A DNA stretch of 64,000 nucleotides, from positions 32,001 to 96,000 of the forward strand of contig NJBH01000011.1 of assembly GCA_005223125.1 (NCBI GenBank), read 5' to 3'. Positions 61,791 through 64,000 of the stretch are shown here, piece after piece (positions within the stretch are counted from its first letter, which is position 1; every line of letters starts with the position of its first letter). The notes beneath the pieces were generated by a model. That model saw only the letters and a program-made list of their open reading frames with translations. It had not been told where the DNA came from and ran no database searches. Made by a program: the position numbers and the translations under genes. The stretch is from Promethearchaeota archaeon Loki_b32 (GTDB lineage Archaea; Asgardarchaeota; Lokiarchaeia; Sigyniarchaeales; SOKP01).

Positions 61791-62351
61791 TTGAGCAGAA
61801 TGGATTTTAACTTTAAAGTTATTATTATTGGACCTCCTGCTGTGGGTAAGACAAGCCTTCTAAATAGATTTATACATAACGACTTTAAATTGAGTTATAA
61901 AATGACTGTTGGTGTTGATTTTTTAACTAAAGCTTTGGAATATGAACCATCCAAATTTGTTAAACTCCATATTTGGGATATAGGAGGTCAAGAAAAATTT
62001 AAATTTCTCCATCGTAGCTTTTACGAAGGCGCATTTGGTGCATTTATTGTATTTGATCTCTTAAGACATCAAACATTTTCAAGTATGAAAACTTGGCTTT
62101 CAGAAATGCGTAGCATTGTAATTGATGATATTCCTAAAGTAATAATAGGAAATAAGTCCGATTTAATACCTGAAATTGGTCAGATTATAGATAGGAGTGA
62201 AGTAGAAGAATATGCAAAAAAAAAAGGCTGTTTTTATGTTGAAACATCAGCTAAAACCGGAGAAAATGTTGAAAATGCTTTTCTCGAACTTACAAATCGC
62301 ATGATAGAGAAAATGGGGAAGATTATTAACAATAATAAAGAAAATCTATAA
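61791..62351 (+). CDS. Rab-like small GTPase
   Basis: GPPAVGKT, TVGVDF, WDIGGQE, NKSD, ETSAK. Confidence 0.92.
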   Translation: MSRMDFNFKVIIIGPPAVGKTSLLNRFIHNDFKLSYKMTVGVDFLTKALEYEPSKFVKLHIWDIGGQEKFKFLHRSFYEGAFGAFIVFDLLRHQTFSSMKTWLSEMRSIVIDDIPKVIIGNKSDLIPEIGQIIDRSEVEEYAKKKGCFYVETSAKTGENVENAFLELTNRMIEKMGKIINNNKENL

Positions 62352-62490
62352 AATCAATTAAATAAAACCAAGAATTAAAGCTATTTTTTCAATTCTCTAA
62401 ACAGCATTTCTTAGCAAAATTATTAAAAGACTTATTTCTATTTTAAACTTATTCTACAAATCAAAATTTTGTATTTATTAAGTGATAATT

Positions 62491-63504
62491 ATGAATTTAC
62501 CAGAATTAATTACAATTGGAAGTAATACCTTAGATATAATAATCGACATCGATGACATATTACGCTTCGAGCTATTCGATAAAGATATAATAAAAAAATA
62601 TACTGCAATTGAATACTCTCGTAAATTAAATGTAAAAAACGTCCGGTTTATTCCAGGAGGGTCGGGGGCTAATATAGCTGCAAATTGTTCTATGCTTGGT
62701 TTAAATAGTACATATATTGGAGTAATGGGGAATGATTTTTCGGCAGAAATTTGCTTAACTGACTTAAAGAAACGAGGTGTAGATCTCTCTCAAGTGATTC
62801 AAACTGATGCGGATACTACAGCATTATCAATAATTTTAAGGACACCTTGGGGAAAAGATCGTAGTATACTTGCTTATAAAGGTGCTAATAATTTATTAAA
62901 ACCTTCAGACGTTAAAGAAGAACTATTTAATAATATTAGAGCGTTCGCATGGACATCCTTAACAACAGAGGATAGTTGTAAAGCTATAGAAAAAGCAATA
63001 ACTCTTACAAAAAACAAGGGAGGTATGGTGTTTGCAGCACCTAGCATGTCAATTATAAAAAATGCTCCAAATTGGGCAAAAATCTTGATTTCCAATTCTG
63101 ATGTTGTTTCACTAAATTTAGAAGAAGCCCAAGAGTTTACAGGAGAAAGTAAAAAAACTCTTATGATTAAAATTTTCTTAGATATGGGAATAAAACTGAT
63201 TTCTATCACTGATGGACCAAATGGATCAATTATTTCTGATGGTAAAACCATTATCAATAGTGGAGTTTATAGCGCAGGTAAGGTCGAAGATACGACAGGC
63301 GCAGGTGATGCTTTCTTAACTGGAATCTTAATTTCTCGTCTTAACAATATTTCTCTTGAAAAAACTTCAAAGATAGCTACTGCTATGTCTTTCTTAGAAA
63401 GTAAAGAAATTGGAGTTCGTGAAGGATTACCCAATAGCATACAAGAACTTGAAGATTTTGTAAGTAATTACACTATCAAACAAGTTATTTCGGAAATTGT
63501 ATAA
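62491..63504 (+). CDS. PfkB-family carbohydrate kinase
   Basis: PGGSGANIA, N.EEA, DTTGAGDAF. Confidence 0.9.
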   Translation: MNLPELITIGSNTLDIIIDIDDILRFELFDKDIIKKYTAIEYSRKLNVKNVRFIPGGSGANIAANCSMLGLNSTYIGVMGNDFSAEICLTDLKKRGVDLSQVIQTDADTTALSIILRTPWGKDRSILAYKGANNLLKPSDVKEELFNNIRAFAWTSLTTEDSCKAIEKAITLTKNKGGMVFAAPSMSIIKNAPNWAKILISNSDVVSLNLEEAQEFTGESKKTLMIKIFLDMGIKLISITDGPNGSIISDGKTIINSGVYSAGKVEDTTGAGDAFLTGILISRLNNISLEKTSKIATAMSFLESKEIGVREGLPNSIQELEDFVSNYTIKQVISEIV

Positions 63505-63570
63505 ACAATTAGAATTTCTAAGAATCATTAAATTTTAATTTTTTAATATATTCTTATTATTATTAAAAAT

Positions 63571-63642
63571 GCGCTCTTAGTATAGTGGTTAGTATGCCAG
63601 GTTGCCAACCTGGCGACCCGGGTTCAATTCCCGGAGGGCGCA
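63571..63642 (+). tRNA. tRNA-Gly (GCC), intronless, CCA not encoded
   Basis: Acceptor GCGCTCT/AGGGCGC, anticodon arm CCAGG-TTGCCAA-CCTGG, T arm CCGGG-TTCAATT-CCCGG. Confidence 0.97.
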
Positions 63643-63677
63643 TTTTAAACTATTAATCTAAAATTAAGGAGTCTAAT

Positions 63678-64000
63678 ATGAGTATAGATATATCAGATGG
63701 TATTGAAAGTGGTAATTTAACGATTAGAATTTTAACAACAAATACAGTTATTTCAACTTTATTGACCGATGAAAAATTTGAAGGAAAAATTATACAACCT
63801 CATACAAATGGAAGTAAATATTTAGCAGAACATGGACTTGCTATGAGTATAGAAATAAAGCAAGGAGAAGAGATAAAAAAATATCTTTTGGATGCAGGAG
63901 GGCTTAAGAATTCTATAATAATGAACGTAGAAGCTATGGGCTTAGATTTCAAGGATTATGACAAATTGATATTAAGTCATGGTCATGTTGATCATTATGG
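63678..64000 (+). CDS. MBL-fold metallo-hydrolase, N-terminal part (runs out of window)
   Basis: AGGAG upstream; LAEHGLAM, LLDAG, LSHGHVDHYG. Confidence 0.85.
   Translation, partial: MSIDISDGIESGNLTIRILTTNTVISTLLTDEKFEGKIIQPHTNGSKYLAEHGLAMSIEIKQGEEIKKYLLDAGGLKNSIIMNVEAMGLDFKDYDKLILSHGHVDHY

Noticed and set aside
1186-63257. Many short antisense or nested ORFs in the track (e.g. 21598-21960, 23742-24188, 43165-43493, 56066-56443, 62874-63257)
   Set aside because: Shadow frames of well-supported genes
63571-63642. tRNA-Gly as integration site for the ESCRT-locus cassette
   Set aside because: No duplicate of the tRNA 3' end seen in the window and the 78-bp repeats are unrelated to it

Overview
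AT-rich archaeal window whose gene content points to a Lokiarchaeia (Asgard) chromosome: an ESCRT locus (Vps22/36-like, Vps25, Vps4, Vps2/24/46-type ESCRT-III), a Rab-like GTPase, longin-domain proteins, an LRR protein, archaeal SRP RNA, tRNA-Gly(GCC), Nip7 and Nop2-like ribosome biogenesis genes, metabolic genes, one IS with terminal inverted repeats, and a decayed region at ~12-15 kb. Main observations not explained by the ORF track: (1) a 30-nt insert with an in-frame stop in an MBL-hydrolase gene (40108-40137) folds into a bulge-helix-bulge motif, and cutting at the canonical positions restores the protein, so it is a candidate mRNA intron; (2) two dispersed ~165-nt units (8299-8461 +, 14765-14927 -) share an identical 22-nt core, covarying helices and a small ORF with PGFLSFG in the same frame; (3) several genes appear to start at ATC/ATT/ATA behind Shine-Dalgarno motifs; (4) a 4.1-kb cassette (LRR, radical SAM, TcmP-like) bounded by 78-bp direct repeats splits vps4 from the ESCRT-III gene; (5) a surface protein has six near-identical repeats that vary at fixed positions. 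All calls come from reading motifs by eye; no searches were run.
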